Below are positions 9,280 to 18,781 of a stretch of DNA of 64,000 bases, piece after piece. The notes under the pieces are model-generated. The model did not search any database and was not told where the DNA came from. It was given only the letters and a program-made list of their open reading frames with translations. Within the stretch, counting starts at the first letter, position 1, and each line of letters starts with the position of its first letter. Made by a program: the position numbers and the translations under genes. Source of the DNA: Bacteroides uniformis (lineage in GTDB: Bacteria; Bacillota_I; Bacilli_A; RFN20; CAG-826); contig CAVIBR010000001.1 in assembly GCA_963641445.1 (NCBI GenBank), positions 244,920-308,919 of the forward strand. Reading direction: 5' to 3'.

Positions 9280-11985
9280 ATGTTTGAAAACAAGAATGCA
9301 AAAGAAACTCTTTCATCTTTTTCCGTTGATGAAAATGAAGGCTTGAAAACAAGCGAAGTCGAAGAAAGAAGAAAAAGAGATGGCTTGAATAAGCTTAAGG
9401 AAAAGCAAGCCGACCCATGGTATAAAATATTCTGGGGAAACATTGCTGACCCAATGACTTTGATTTTAGCTATTGCAGCGATAATTTCATTAGTCCTAGC
9501 AATCATCAATTGGGAAAAAGAAGGGCCAGAAGGACTTGCTGATGTATTCATCATCTTTGGTGTTGTTATCATCAATGCTCTTATTGGGACAATTCAAGAG
9601 ATGAAAGCGGAAAAAGCCCTTGAAGCATTAAAGAAGTTATCCGCACCAACTGCAACAGTAAGAAGAGATGGAAAAACAATTGAAATCCCTGCGGAAGAAT
9701 TAGTTGTTGGAGATATCGTAATTCTTGAAGAAGGACGTACTGTTCCAGCTGATTTGCGTTTAATTAAGGCCTTCTCCTTAAAAGCTGATGAAGCATCCTT
9801 AACTGGTGAATCAGTTCCAGCCGAGAAAGACCCAGATATCGTTCTTAGCGAAGAGTCTGGCGTTGGTGACCGCGTTAACGAAGTGTTCATGTCCACGCCT
9901 ATTGTTTATGGCCATGGCGAAGGCGTTGTAATTGCCACAGGAATGAATACGGAAATTGGTAAGATTGCATCAATGCTTTCCGATGAAGGAGAAGAAGACA
10001 CACCTTTGCAAAAGAAACTTGCAGGCTTATCTAAGTTCTTAGGAATCCTCACCGTTGTTATTGTCGTTCTTATGCTTGGCGTAAAGATAATCTGGGCATT
10101 AATTAATAACAATATCGGCGAGGCCTGGTCAAATGCTTTACTTGATTCAGTTGCCTTAGCTGTTGCAGCCATCCCTGAAGGCTTAACAGCAGTAGTTACA
10201 ATCGTTCTTGCGATGGGCATGACGAAGATGGTCAAGGTCAATACGATCGTTCGTCGTTTAGCCTCCGTTGAAACCTTAGGCGCAGTATCGGTTATTTGCT
10301 CTGATAAGACCGGCACATTAACCCAAAACAAGATGACGGTTGTTCGTGCTTATGAAGATGAAACAATTTATGAACAAAGCGAATTCTCCAAAGAAAAACT
10401 CTCCTTATTAGCAAGAGGCATGTCTCTTTGCTCTGATGCTAAAGTTGATGGAGGAATATATGGCGATCCAACAGAAGTGGCGTTGATTGAATTTGCCAAT
10501 TCCTTTGATATGCATAAGGGAGACCTTGAAAAAGAAACTCCTCGTATTGATGAAATGCCGTTTGACTCAGTTAGAAAAATGATGTCAACCATGCATCAAG
10601 ATAAAGATAAGACCATTTCTTATACCAAAGGTGCGATGGATCAAATCTTAAAACACACGACACATATATTAATTAATGGTGAAGTTAGGCCAATTGCAAA
10701 AGAAGATATAACAAAGATTGAAGACGCTGCTTCAAAGATGTCTGGCGATGCTCTTCGTGTCCTTGCCTTAGCTATTTCTTATAACAAGCAGCTTGAAGAA
10801 AACAATCTTATCTTCGTTGGCTTAGTTGGCATGGTCGACCCTCCAAGAGAAGCCGCTAAACCCGCTGTTGCAACTCTTAAAAAAGCAGGCATCACAACAA
10901 TCATGATTACTGGTGACCATAAGGATACGGCCTTTGCCATCGCTAAAGAGCTTGGTATTGCTGAGGATATTTCTCAAACGATGTCAGGTGATCAAATCGA
11001 TGCATGTTCCGAAGAAGAATTAAGAGAAAAAGTTGAGCATGTCCGTGTATTTGCTCGTGTCTCTCCAGAAAATAAAGTATCTATCGTTAAAGCAATTAAA
11101 GCCAATGGTCATATTGCTGCAATGACTGGTGATGGAGTTAATGATGCGCCATCCTTAAAGAGCGCTGACATTGGCATTGCTATGGGAATCACCGGAACCG
11201 ATGTTGCTAAAGGTGCAGCAGATATGGTTCTAACAGATGATAACTTTGCTTCAATTGAAAAAGCGGTTGAAGAAGGAAGAGGCATCTACGCCAATATCAA
11301 GAAGACGATTCTCTTCTTGCTTTCAAGCAATATCGGTGAAGTAGTTTGCATGCTTCTGACAGCTATTATGGGTCTTCCTTCGCCGCTAATTGCTATTCAT
11401 CTTCTTTGGGTTAATTTAATAACAGACTCTTTGCCTGCTATCGCTTTAGGCGCTGATCGAAAACCCGAAGACATCATGAACGATAAGCCTCGTGATCCAA
11501 AGGAATCTCTCTTTAGCCATGGAGGCTATGGAATAACGTTTGGTTATGGCGCATGGATTGGCTTAATAACTTTAATTGCCTTCCTTTCTGAAGTTTGGAT
11601 GAAACAAGGATTCACCCTTAACCCAAGCGTTATAAAAGCTTTCTATGATAATGCATCTTTAGCAGTTCTAGAAGAAGCGCAAGCGATGGCATTCTGCGTT
11701 CTTTCAATGAGCGAACTCTTCCACATGCTTGGAATGACAAATACCAAAAAGAGCTTCGTTCATGTCTTTAAAGATAAGAATTACCTCTTATGGGCATCAT
11801 TCATTATTGGCTTAGCCCTTCAATTCTTCGTTATTTTCGTTCCAGGAGTCAATGATGTCTTCCAAGTCGTTCCTCTTGAAGGATGGGACTTCGCCTGGGT
11901 ATTTGGCTTAGGCGTTAGCCCTCTTATTATCCATGAGATAATAGTTTTCATCCTTTGGATAAAGAAAAAAACAGGAAACAAATAA
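9280..11985 (+). CDS. Cation-transporting P-type ATPase (P2A, PMR1/SERCA-like Ca2+/Mn2+ pump)
   Basis: 901 aa; DKTGTLT phosphorylation motif, TGDGVNDAPSL, KGAxD, 10 TM layout; Mn riboswitch upstream suggests Mn2+/Ca2+ export. Confidence 0.9.
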   Translation: MFENKNAKETLSSFSVDENEGLKTSEVEERRKRDGLNKLKEKQADPWYKIFWGNIADPMTLILAIAAIISLVLAIINWEKEGPEGLADVFIIFGVVIINALIGTIQEMKAEKALEALKKLSAPTATVRRDGKTIEIPAEELVVGDIVILEEGRTVPADLRLIKAFSLKADEASLTGESVPAEKDPDIVLSEESGVGDRVNEVFMSTPIVYGHGEGVVIATGMNTEIGKIASMLSDEGEEDTPLQKKLAGLSKFLGILTVVIVVLMLGVKIIWALINNNIGEAWSNALLDSVALAVAAIPEGLTAVVTIVLAMGMTKMVKVNTIVRRLASVETLGAVSVICSDKTGTLTQNKMTVVRAYEDETIYEQSEFSKEKLSLLARGMSLCSDAKVDGGIYGDPTEVALIEFANSFDMHKGDLEKETPRIDEMPFDSVRKMMSTMHQDKDKTISYTKGAMDQILKHTTHILINGEVRPIAKEDITKIEDAASKMSGDALRVLALAISYNKQLEENNLIFVGLVGMVDPPREAAKPAVATLKKAGITTIMITGDHKDTAFAIAKELGIAEDISQTMSGDQIDACSEEELREKVEHVRVFARVSPENKVSIVKAIKANGHIAAMTGDGVNDAPSLKSADIGIAMGITGTDVAKGAADMVLTDDNFASIEKAVEEGRGIYANIKKTILFLLSSNIGEVVCMLLTAIMGLPSPLIAIHLLWVNLITDSLPAIALGADRKPEDIMNDKPRDPKESLFSHGGYGITFGYGAWIGLITLIAFLSEVWMKQGFTLNPSVIKAFYDNASLAVLEEAQAMAFCVLSMSELFHMLGMTNTKKSFVHVFKDKNYLLWASFIIGLALQFFVIFVPGVNDVFQVVPLEGWDFAWVFGLGVSPLIIHEIIVFILWIKKKTGNK

Positions 11986-11989
11986 AAAC

Positions 11990-12022
11990 AAAAGGAGGCC
12001 TTAATCGGCCTCCTTATTTTCT
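11990..12022. terminator. Bidirectional Rho-independent terminator
   Basis: aaggaggcc-ttaatc-ggcctcctt perfect 9-bp stem between convergent genes, T-run after. Confidence 0.75.
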
Positions 12023-13168
12023 TATCTTGCCTTTCACCGAATGTATTCTTATTGATCCACCTTGTGAATCTGAAAGAGATTTTGCATAAGCAATTGCTTC
12101 TTTTTGAGTTGGGAAATATTTAATCGCTTTCTTGCCAGTTGCTAATTTGACCTGCCATCCTTTGTCTTGAACTTTAGAGATGTGGTAGGTTCTGCTTTTG
12201 CCATTATAGGCGTTTGTTTTAACTGCAGGTATCTTTGTTGAAGTTTCTTTACTTGGAGAAGGTTCAATTTCCACGTCGATTTCTTCATCGTTGTTTTCTT
12301 CTTTAGAATCAGAGATATCGCTTGGAACATTATCAACTAAGACTAGGCTTTCATCATTTTTGCTGCGATATGAGATTGCATCAATGTTTTCTTCGGGACT
12401 TATTGGATCTAGATTCAATGGTTCATCGTTATTACTAGTGTCTTTTGTGATATGAGAATTCTTTTCAATAGGCATTATTTTCTTCCCTAAGGTGAAACCT
12501 ACAAACAAACGATGAAGGAAATAAAGACAAACGCATATCAAATATGAGGCAAGTAACATTATCAATGCAACAAACCATGTCGACCTTTTAGGATCACTAA
12601 GGAAACCATACCAATCATAGGAACCATTTCCATCACTAATCAAATGACAATAGTAATTGATTATATAGAAGATTCCATAAAGAAATACGCTAATAAGTCC
12701 TAATGGAGTGTAGCCAATTTTGAAATTGATATTTAGCTCCATCAAGTCGAAAGAAATAATTGCAAGTAAAGGAACAATCAAATGATAATAAAGATTTGGT
12801 CCTTGAAATAATGACCAATATCCTTGCCCTCTTTTTGCTGCAGCAGGAGCTAAAAAACAAATAACTGTGAGGAATGTAACAGAGACGCTTGCAACGCCAA
12901 TATACTTAAGAAGGCCAATCCATGTTGGACATTCATACTTCTTTGTTTTAAGAGTGATGATATTCATTACTAATAAAGGCAAAGAAAATAACGCTAATAA
13001 AAGGTTGGATAATACTGTGTAGAAACGTAAAGAATTAAAGCCTTTCGCCATCAATGTAGAATTAGCAGATACGAAAAAAGAATATATAAATGCGGTAACA
13101 ACAAAGCCAACAATCGCTATATTGCATATAAGTGATATAACAGTAAGGATTTTCTGCTTTTTCGTCAT
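12014..13168 (-). CDS. Polytopic membrane protein fused to acidic linker and C-terminal DUF2188-like small domain
   Basis: RBS GGAGG before ATG; ~7 TM helices in first 230 aa, D/E/S-rich linker, C-terminal ~60 aa (WQVKLATGKKAIKYFPTQKEAIAYAKSLSDSQGGSIRIHSVKGKI) resembling DUF2188. Confidence 0.5.
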   Translation of the reverse strand: MTKKQKILTVISLICNIAIVGFVVTAFIYSFFVSANSTLMAKGFNSLRFYTVLSNLLLALFSLPLLVMNIITLKTKKYECPTWIGLLKYIGVASVSVTFLTVICFLAPAAAKRGQGYWSLFQGPNLYYHLIVPLLAIISFDLMELNINFKIGYTPLGLISVFLYGIFYIINYYCHLISDGNGSYDWYGFLSDPKRSTWFVALIMLLASYLICVCLYFLHRLFVGFTLGKKIMPIEKNSHITKDTSNNDEPLNLDPISPEENIDAISYRSKNDESLVLVDNVPSDISDSKEENNDEEIDVEIEPSPSKETSTKIPAVKTNAYNGKSRTYHISKVQDKGWQVKLATGKKAIKYFPTQKEAIAYAKSLSDSQGGSIRIHSVKGKIRK

Positions 13169-13319
13169 GCTAATACCTCCAAAAAATACTTAACAACGTT
13201 AAAACAACGGAACTCAATTAGCAAGAAAATTAGATATTAATGTTTCTCTTAAAAATCCAATTTTCCAAAAATTGTATGCAAAACCCGTCTATTTTGAAAA
13301 ATAACAAGTTATTTCCTAT

Positions 13320-13362
13320 TAAAAAGCCACCTATACCATTAAAACGATAATCGGTGGCTGTA
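13320..13362 (-). terminator. Rho-independent terminator downstream of degV (minus strand)
   Basis: agccacc / ggtggct stem with T-run on minus strand. Confidence 0.6.
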
Positions 13363-13378
13363 GATTTATTTGATTAGC

Positions 13379-14266
13379 TTATTGTCTTTCATCACCATGG
13401 AAATATACTGCGACAGTTCCTGGACCTGTATGCGAAGCAATGATCGTACCAATATTGAAGATACGTACCTTTCCTATAAGATTAGGGAATCTCTTTTCGA
13501 TCTCGTCTTTCGTCTTGTTTGCATCGTCTAAGGCATTAGAATGAGAAATGAAGATTTTTCCGTTATAGTCTTTGCCATTGTCAGCATGATTTTCCATCCA
13601 ATCAAGAGTTGCTTTTAAGGCATTCTTCTTGCCCATTACTTTTGAATACGCAATGATTTTTCCGGCATGATTCAAATGCATAAGTGGGCAAATTTTCAAA
13701 ACTGCTCCGATTGATGCAGCTGGACCAGAAACTCTTCCGGTGCGTTTGAAATATTTAAGATCAGTCGTATAGAACTGATGATGAATATGATATTTGTTAT
13801 CTTCGACGTATTTAGCGATTTCTTCTATGGATTTTCCTTCTTCGTATAAATCTGCCGCATCATCAACAATCAATCCGTATCCGGATGAAGAGCAGGTCGT
13901 ATCAATAACAACTATTTTTCTGTCTGGATATTTTTCTTTTAATGCTTCGACGGCATTAACTGCTTGGGAATAGGATTGGGTCATGCCTGTTCCAAAGCAT
14001 AAATGAAGAATGTCTTTTCCTTCATCGAGGAATTTCTTAAAGAATTCTTCGTAAGCGAATTGATTTATTTGCGATGTGGTTGGAATATACCCTAACTTCA
14101 ATCTTTCATAGAATTGAGGAAGAGAATTTGGATCTCTTTCCATATCGTCTGGATAAGTTTCTCCATTGACTGTATAAGAATAAAACAAAACTTCAAGGCC
14201 TCTTCCAGAAATGTAGGAATAAGGCATATCGATGGTGGATTCACAAGATAAGATGAAATTGTTCAT
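13379..14266 (-). CDS. DegV family fatty-acid-binding protein
   Basis: Start chosen at MNNFIL (RBS AAGAGG upstream); DegV hallmarks: S-x-S cluster TTCSSSGYG, C-terminal FK domain HTGPG. Confidence 0.85.
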   Translation of the reverse strand: MNNFILSCESTIDMPYSYISGRGLEVLFYSYTVNGETYPDDMERDPNSLPQFYERLKLGYIPTTSQINQFAYEEFFKKFLDEGKDILHLCFGTGMTQSYSQAVNAVEALKEKYPDRKIVVIDTTCSSSGYGLIVDDAADLYEEGKSIEEIAKYVEDNKYHIHHQFYTTDLKYFKRTGRVSGPAASIGAVLKICPLMHLNHAGKIIAYSKVMGKKNALKATLDWMENHADNGKDYNGKIFISHSNALDDANKTKDEIEKRFPNLIGKVRIFNIGTIIASHTGPGTVAVYFHGDERQ

Positions 14267-14361
14267 AACTTTAACCTCTTTACGAGAATTAGTATATCTA
14301 GTATTCAATACTATGTCACTAAAAATTTAATTTCTTTTCTAATCCTTATATAATTATTCAT

Positions 14362-14715
14362 ATGAAAATAGAAATTAAAAACAAAGCGGCTAAATTAAAA
14401 AACATCAAGATAGGAGAAGTCCTAACATTAAAGGATCAAATCTCTTACCAAGAAGGACAAGTCGTTTCCAAAACGCTTGTTCAAAATCAATCTGTCAGCA
14501 TGACTCTTTTTTCTTTTGAAAAGGATGAAGAAATAAGCACGCATGAATCTAGCGGAGACGCTTTCGTTATATGCCTTGATGGAAAAGGCAAGATAACGAT
14601 TGATGGAATTGAGCATGAAATAAATGAAGGTGAAAGCATCATTATGCCTGCAAATCACCCTCATGCCGTATATGCCCTAGAAAGATTCAAAATGCTTCTT
14701 GTCGTTGTTTTCTAA
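14362..14715 (+). CDS. Cupin domain protein
   Basis: 117 aa; two-His cupin motif region (HESSGDAFVICLDGKG...PANHPHAVYA). Confidence 0.6.
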   Translation: MKIEIKNKAAKLKNIKIGEVLTLKDQISYQEGQVVSKTLVQNQSVSMTLFSFEKDEEISTHESSGDAFVICLDGKGKITIDGIEHEINEGESIIMPANHPHAVYALERFKMLLVVVF

Positions 14716-14866
14716 AAACAATAAAGAAAAAATTTAATGCAATATATTAGAATTTATATTGCATTTTTTGTTTTTACTTTGCGAAACCTTTCATATCGGT
14801 ATCATTTTTTTGAAATAGTCGTTAATTAATGTAAAAATGTTAGCGGTTTCATTTAAGGAGGATTAT

Positions 14867-17800
14867 ATGGCCAAACTTAAAAATGTAAGCAGAGGTCTCA
14901 CATTCGTATTCGCCTCAACTTTGGTATTCGGTATTGCTGCCGCTAATATCATGGAAGCGAATGCTGGAACGCTTGATGGTTTCTTTGGAACACACTCCAC
15001 AAAGTTAGTTCAAAAAGGAGAAGGTGAATTATTTAACACTTTCACGCCGGATGAAGATTTATTAACAAACGGGAAAGGTGATTCAGCGAAGCTTGTCAAA
15101 GCACATGAAGATCTTGCAAAGAAAATACAAGGCGAAGGAACGGTTCTATTAAAGAATGATGGAACTCTTCCATTAGCTACTTCAGAATCTAACAAATGCA
15201 AGGTATCCCTTTTCGGTATCCGCTCATCCTACACAATCACCGGCGCATTCATCGGACATAAAGCAGCTGGCAACAATCAAACGGTTCATTTCCGCGATGC
15301 TTTAAAAGAAGCAGGTTTCCAAGTAAACGAAACGCTTGCTGATGCCTATGACGCATATTGCAAGGATAATGGTATTCTTGAAAACGATTATCCTGCTCAG
15401 GGCACATATGCAAAAGTGCCTTTCGATCCAAAAGAAGCAACTATTGATGATTTGATTGCAAGAGATGCTCAAGCCGCAGATTCGATTCTAACTCATAATG
15501 ACGCAGGTATTGTTGTTATCGGTAGAGCGGCCACAGAAGGCATCGACTGGCAAAAAGATAATGTCGATACAACAACTGGCATGAGCAATCCAATGCAGCT
15601 TTCAAATAATGAGAAAGCAATCATTGAATATGCAAAATCCAAATGCAAAAAGGTCATCGTCATCATCAATGCCGTTAACCAAATGGAAATTGATGATTTA
15701 AAGAAGGATGAAGGAATTGATGCAATCCTTTGGATGGGTATTGGTGGAAACTATGGCACAAGAGGAGTTGCTGAAATTCTTAACGGCACGATAAATCCAT
15801 CTGGCCACTTACCAGATACCTATGCTTCATATAGCCTTTCTGCCCCTGCAACAATCAATATGGGTGAATATAAATACACAAACCCAGATTCAGATTTCGC
15901 TAAACGTTTAAAAGGCAGTGCTTCCGGACAATATTATGTTATCGAAGCAGAAGGCATCTACACCGGTTATCACTATTACGAGACTCGTTTTGCCGATGCT
16001 ATTGCAAATAGATGGAACGCTAATACAAGTGCAGGTTCCTCATACGAAGGAAACTGGGACTATGACAAAGAAGTCTCTTACCCATTTGGCTATGGTCTCT
16101 CCTATACCACATTTGATGAAGAAATCGTTGGCTCGCCAAAAATCACCCATAAGGCTCATGAATTCAAAATGGAATTCAAAGTCAAGGTGACAAATACCGG
16201 CGATAAAGCGGGAAAACACGTCGTTCAAATCTATGGTCAAGCGCCATATGATGCAAATACGAAAGTTGAAAAGAGTGCTATTCAATTATTAGCATATGAT
16301 AAAACGGATATTCTTGAACCAGGAAAGAGTGAAACTCTAACCATCGAAGTAGATATGCAAAACATCGCCTCATGGGATTCATCCGCAAAAGGTGGAAACG
16401 GTTCTTACATCCTTGATCCAGGAAAATACTATTTCTCTCTCGGCAATGGAGCTCACGATGCCTTATGCAACGTTCTTGCTGAACAAAACTTCACTTCCGT
16501 AACAGGAAACAAAGAAAAAGTCTTCACATACGATTACGAAGTAAGTGAGACTGACGAAGACACATTCAACGTCACTAAAGCAGGAGTTCAAGTCAAAAAC
16601 AATCTCTCTGGCGCAGATTTCAATACTTATTCTGAAAACACCGTAACATATCTTTCTCGTAAAGATTGGGAAGGAACCTGGCCAAAAGAATATAAAGATT
16701 TAGAAGCAACCCCTGAGATGCTTAGCATCATCAACGGTATGATGTATGAACCATCAACAAGCGACGATGTTTCTTCCATCAAATTCGATGCACAAGGTGA
16801 TCTTAGCTATGTTAACCTCAAAGGTGCGGACTATGACTATTCCGATTGGTCAAAGCTTCTTGATCAATTGAATCTTGAAGACGCCTTGAACTTCATTGTT
16901 CACGGTAACAGAGATTTCTTAGAAATGAAGTCCGTTGGATTCTTAGGCGGAAAATTCACCGAGAATGGTCCTAATGGCGTTGGCGACCAAGCCTTCCAAA
17001 CAATCTCTTATAGCAATTTTGGCGATAATACTTCCGAATGCCCATGGCATATTTCAGAAGATGATCAAAATGCTAGCTATGAAATGAGAGTATTTACTTC
17101 CGGACCAGTTCTTGCTGCAACCTTCTCTCATGATTTAGCTTATGAAGAAGGAAGACTCATTGGTAATGATGCTCTCTTCGTTGGCCTTCCAATTCTTTGG
17201 GGTCCATCAATGAATACCCATCGTCATGGATATAACGGCCGTAACATTGAATATTATTCAGAAGATGCCATTCTTACTGGCAACACCGGTATGGAATATT
17301 CCATTGGCGCTCTTGATAAAGGCTTAATCGCTGCTCCAAAGCATTTTGCCTTCAACGATCAAGAAACTCACCGTGATGGTGTTGCCCCATATCTTACCGA
17401 ACAACGTGGTCGTGAAATCGAGCTTAGAGCCTTCCAAATCGCTTTTGAGGCCGATAAATATGATACTGATGAAAAAGATGTTGGACTCTTAGGTGTCATG
17501 ACAAGTTTCTCGAAGATTGGCCCATGCGAAGTCACTTGCTCCGAAGGACTCTTAACAAACATCCTTAGAGGAGAATGGGCATATAACGGCTACATCGTTT
17601 CTGACTTAAATGATGATGAGGACTATCTCCCTCAAGCCTTAGCCGCAGGAATCACCTCCTTCGACTCCAAAGACACAATCGACAAGATTTCTGGATTTGA
17701 TATCGAAGACGTAAAACACGATAAGAAGATTCTTAATAATGTTAAAGAAGCAATTCATCGTGATTTATGGGTCATCACAAAGAGCAACTATATGAATACC

Positions 17801-17950
17801 GTTAATGCTAATACGGAAATGGTTTCAAATATGACTTGGTGGAGAGCAGCCTATATTGCCATTATCGCTGCATCTAGCGCATTAATTGCAGTAGGACTTG
17901 CTGGCAGCGTATTCTTCACAATCAAAGAAAACAAAAAGGAGGCCAAATAA
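14867..17950 (+). CDS. Glycoside hydrolase family 3 exo-glycosidase, domain-permuted, signal peptide plus C-terminal TM anchor
   Basis: Start ATG 14867 after TAAGGAGG. GH3 sandwich-domain signature YPFGYGLSYTTF at ~aa 415 precedes the barrel-domain motifs KHFAFNDQE...GVMTSFSKI...IVSDLN (reverse of canonical order); C-terminal hydrophobic helix IAIIAASSALIAVGLAGSVFF. Confidence 0.8.
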   Translation: MAKLKNVSRGLTFVFASTLVFGIAAANIMEANAGTLDGFFGTHSTKLVQKGEGELFNTFTPDEDLLTNGKGDSAKLVKAHEDLAKKIQGEGTVLLKNDGTLPLATSESNKCKVSLFGIRSSYTITGAFIGHKAAGNNQTVHFRDALKEAGFQVNETLADAYDAYCKDNGILENDYPAQGTYAKVPFDPKEATIDDLIARDAQAADSILTHNDAGIVVIGRAATEGIDWQKDNVDTTTGMSNPMQLSNNEKAIIEYAKSKCKKVIVIINAVNQMEIDDLKKDEGIDAILWMGIGGNYGTRGVAEILNGTINPSGHLPDTYASYSLSAPATINMGEYKYTNPDSDFAKRLKGSASGQYYVIEAEGIYTGYHYYETRFADAIANRWNANTSAGSSYEGNWDYDKEVSYPFGYGLSYTTFDEEIVGSPKITHKAHEFKMEFKVKVTNTGDKAGKHVVQIYGQAPYDANTKVEKSAIQLLAYDKTDILEPGKSETLTIEVDMQNIASWDSSAKGGNGSYILDPGKYYFSLGNGAHDALCNVLAEQNFTSVTGNKEKVFTYDYEVSETDEDTFNVTKAGVQVKNNLSGADFNTYSENTVTYLSRKDWEGTWPKEYKDLEATPEMLSIINGMMYEPSTSDDVSSIKFDAQGDLSYVNLKGADYDYSDWSKLLDQLNLEDALNFIVHGNRDFLEMKSVGFLGGKFTENGPNGVGDQAFQTISYSNFGDNTSECPWHISEDDQNASYEMRVFTSGPVLAATFSHDLAYEEGRLIGNDALFVGLPILWGPSMNTHRHGYNGRNIEYYSEDAILTGNTGMEYSIGALDKGLIAAPKHFAFNDQETHRDGVAPYLTEQRGREIELRAFQIAFEADKYDTDEKDVGLLGVMTSFSKIGPCEVTCSEGLLTNILRGEWAYNGYIVSDLNDDEDYLPQALAAGITSFDSKDTIDKISGFDIEDVKHDKKILNNVKEAIHRDLWVITKSNYMNTVNANTEMVSNMTWWRAAYIAIIAASSALIAVGLAGSVFFTIKENKKEAK

Positions 17951-17951
17951 T

Positions 17952-18410
17952 ATGAAATTCATCAAAAAATTAAACGTTGGCTCGTTTATTGATTTAGGCG
18001 CGGCAATACTCCTATTGATTTCAATGATCTTTACGATCTGCTCCTCATCTTGTTTAGGCTATGAAATTCCTCACTTAGGAATTGTCGTTGTCTTCTCTAT
18101 AATTGCCATCATTTGTTTGCTTGGTTCCGTTCTTCTTTCCTTGAAATTCGGCAATAAGCTATACGCCTATCTTCCAATGCTTATTGCAACCGTCTTATCA
18201 GGTCTTTGTTTCTACTTTGTTATCAATTCTAGAACTTACCTTATTGGTACGGTTTGGGCAACAAGCTTAGATAGAACGAATGAATATGCGGTTAAAGCCA
18301 TGTCAACTGGTGCGCCAGCATTCATCATCTATTGCGCAACAATGTTATTGATTGCTGTGGCTTCCTTCTTTAGCCTCGTAAAAGAAGATAAAAAAGAAGA
18401 AGCAAAATAA
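17952..18410 (+). CDS. Membrane protein, hypothetical (4 TM)
   Basis: Start at ATG 17952 after AAGGAGG; hydrophobic helices throughout; stop overlaps/abuts GH3 gene so likely co-transcribed. Confidence 0.5.
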   Translation: MKFIKKLNVGSFIDLGAAILLLISMIFTICSSSCLGYEIPHLGIVVVFSIIAIICLLGSVLLSLKFGNKLYAYLPMLIATVLSGLCFYFVINSRTYLIGTVWATSLDRTNEYAVKAMSTGAPAFIIYCATMLLIAVASFFSLVKEDKKEEAK

Positions 18411-18430
18411 ATGTTTCAAAACAACAAAAT

Positions 18431-18456
18431 AAGGCACTTTCGCGGTGCCTTTTTTG
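18431..18456 (+). terminator. Rho-independent terminator
   Basis: aaggcac-tttcgcg-gtgcctt + T6. Confidence 0.7.
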
Positions 18457-18526
18457 ATTTTTACTGCAAAGAAGTTGTAGTCGTTGAATCTAATTTAATT
18501 CTTATTTGATTAACTAACTAGGCATC

Positions 18527-18592
18527 ATGACGCGATCATATCACTATCATGTCACATCATATCACTATCATGTCACATCATATCATTTTCAC
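18527..18592. repeat. 21-bp tandem repeat (~3 copies) GTCACATCATATCACTATCAT
   Basis: Directly visible: ...catatcactatcat gtcacatcatatcactatcat gtcacatcatatcattttcac... Confidence 0.8.
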
Positions 18593-18649
18593 TTCATTAG
18601 GAAGATTAAAATCATCATTGAAAAAACTTTTATTTGAATTTTTGATCAT

Positions 18650-18770
18650 ATTTTTAATGAATAAATGAATAAATTAATGAATAAATGAATTAAATAATGA
18701 AAAAACGAATAAAATAACGAAAAAATTAATAATTTAATGAATAAATGTTTATTTTAATGAATCACGTGAT
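18650..18770. repeat. Degenerate short tandem array (~10 units of AATGAATAAAT / ACGAATAAAAT) immediately upstream of 18782 gene
   Basis: taatgaataaatgaataaattaatgaataaatgaattaaataatgaaaaaacgaataaaataacgaaaaaatt...aatgaataaatg...taatgaatcacgtg; unit resembles the first codons of the downstream gene (ATGATGAATGAAATAAAT). Confidence 0.75.
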
Positions 18771-18781
18771 AAAATAGTGTC

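Noticed and set aside
18527-18770. Repeat arrays considered as a CRISPR array
   Set aside because: Units are contiguous (21 bp) or ~11 bp degenerate with no unique spacers of 25-40 bp. No cas genes nearby.
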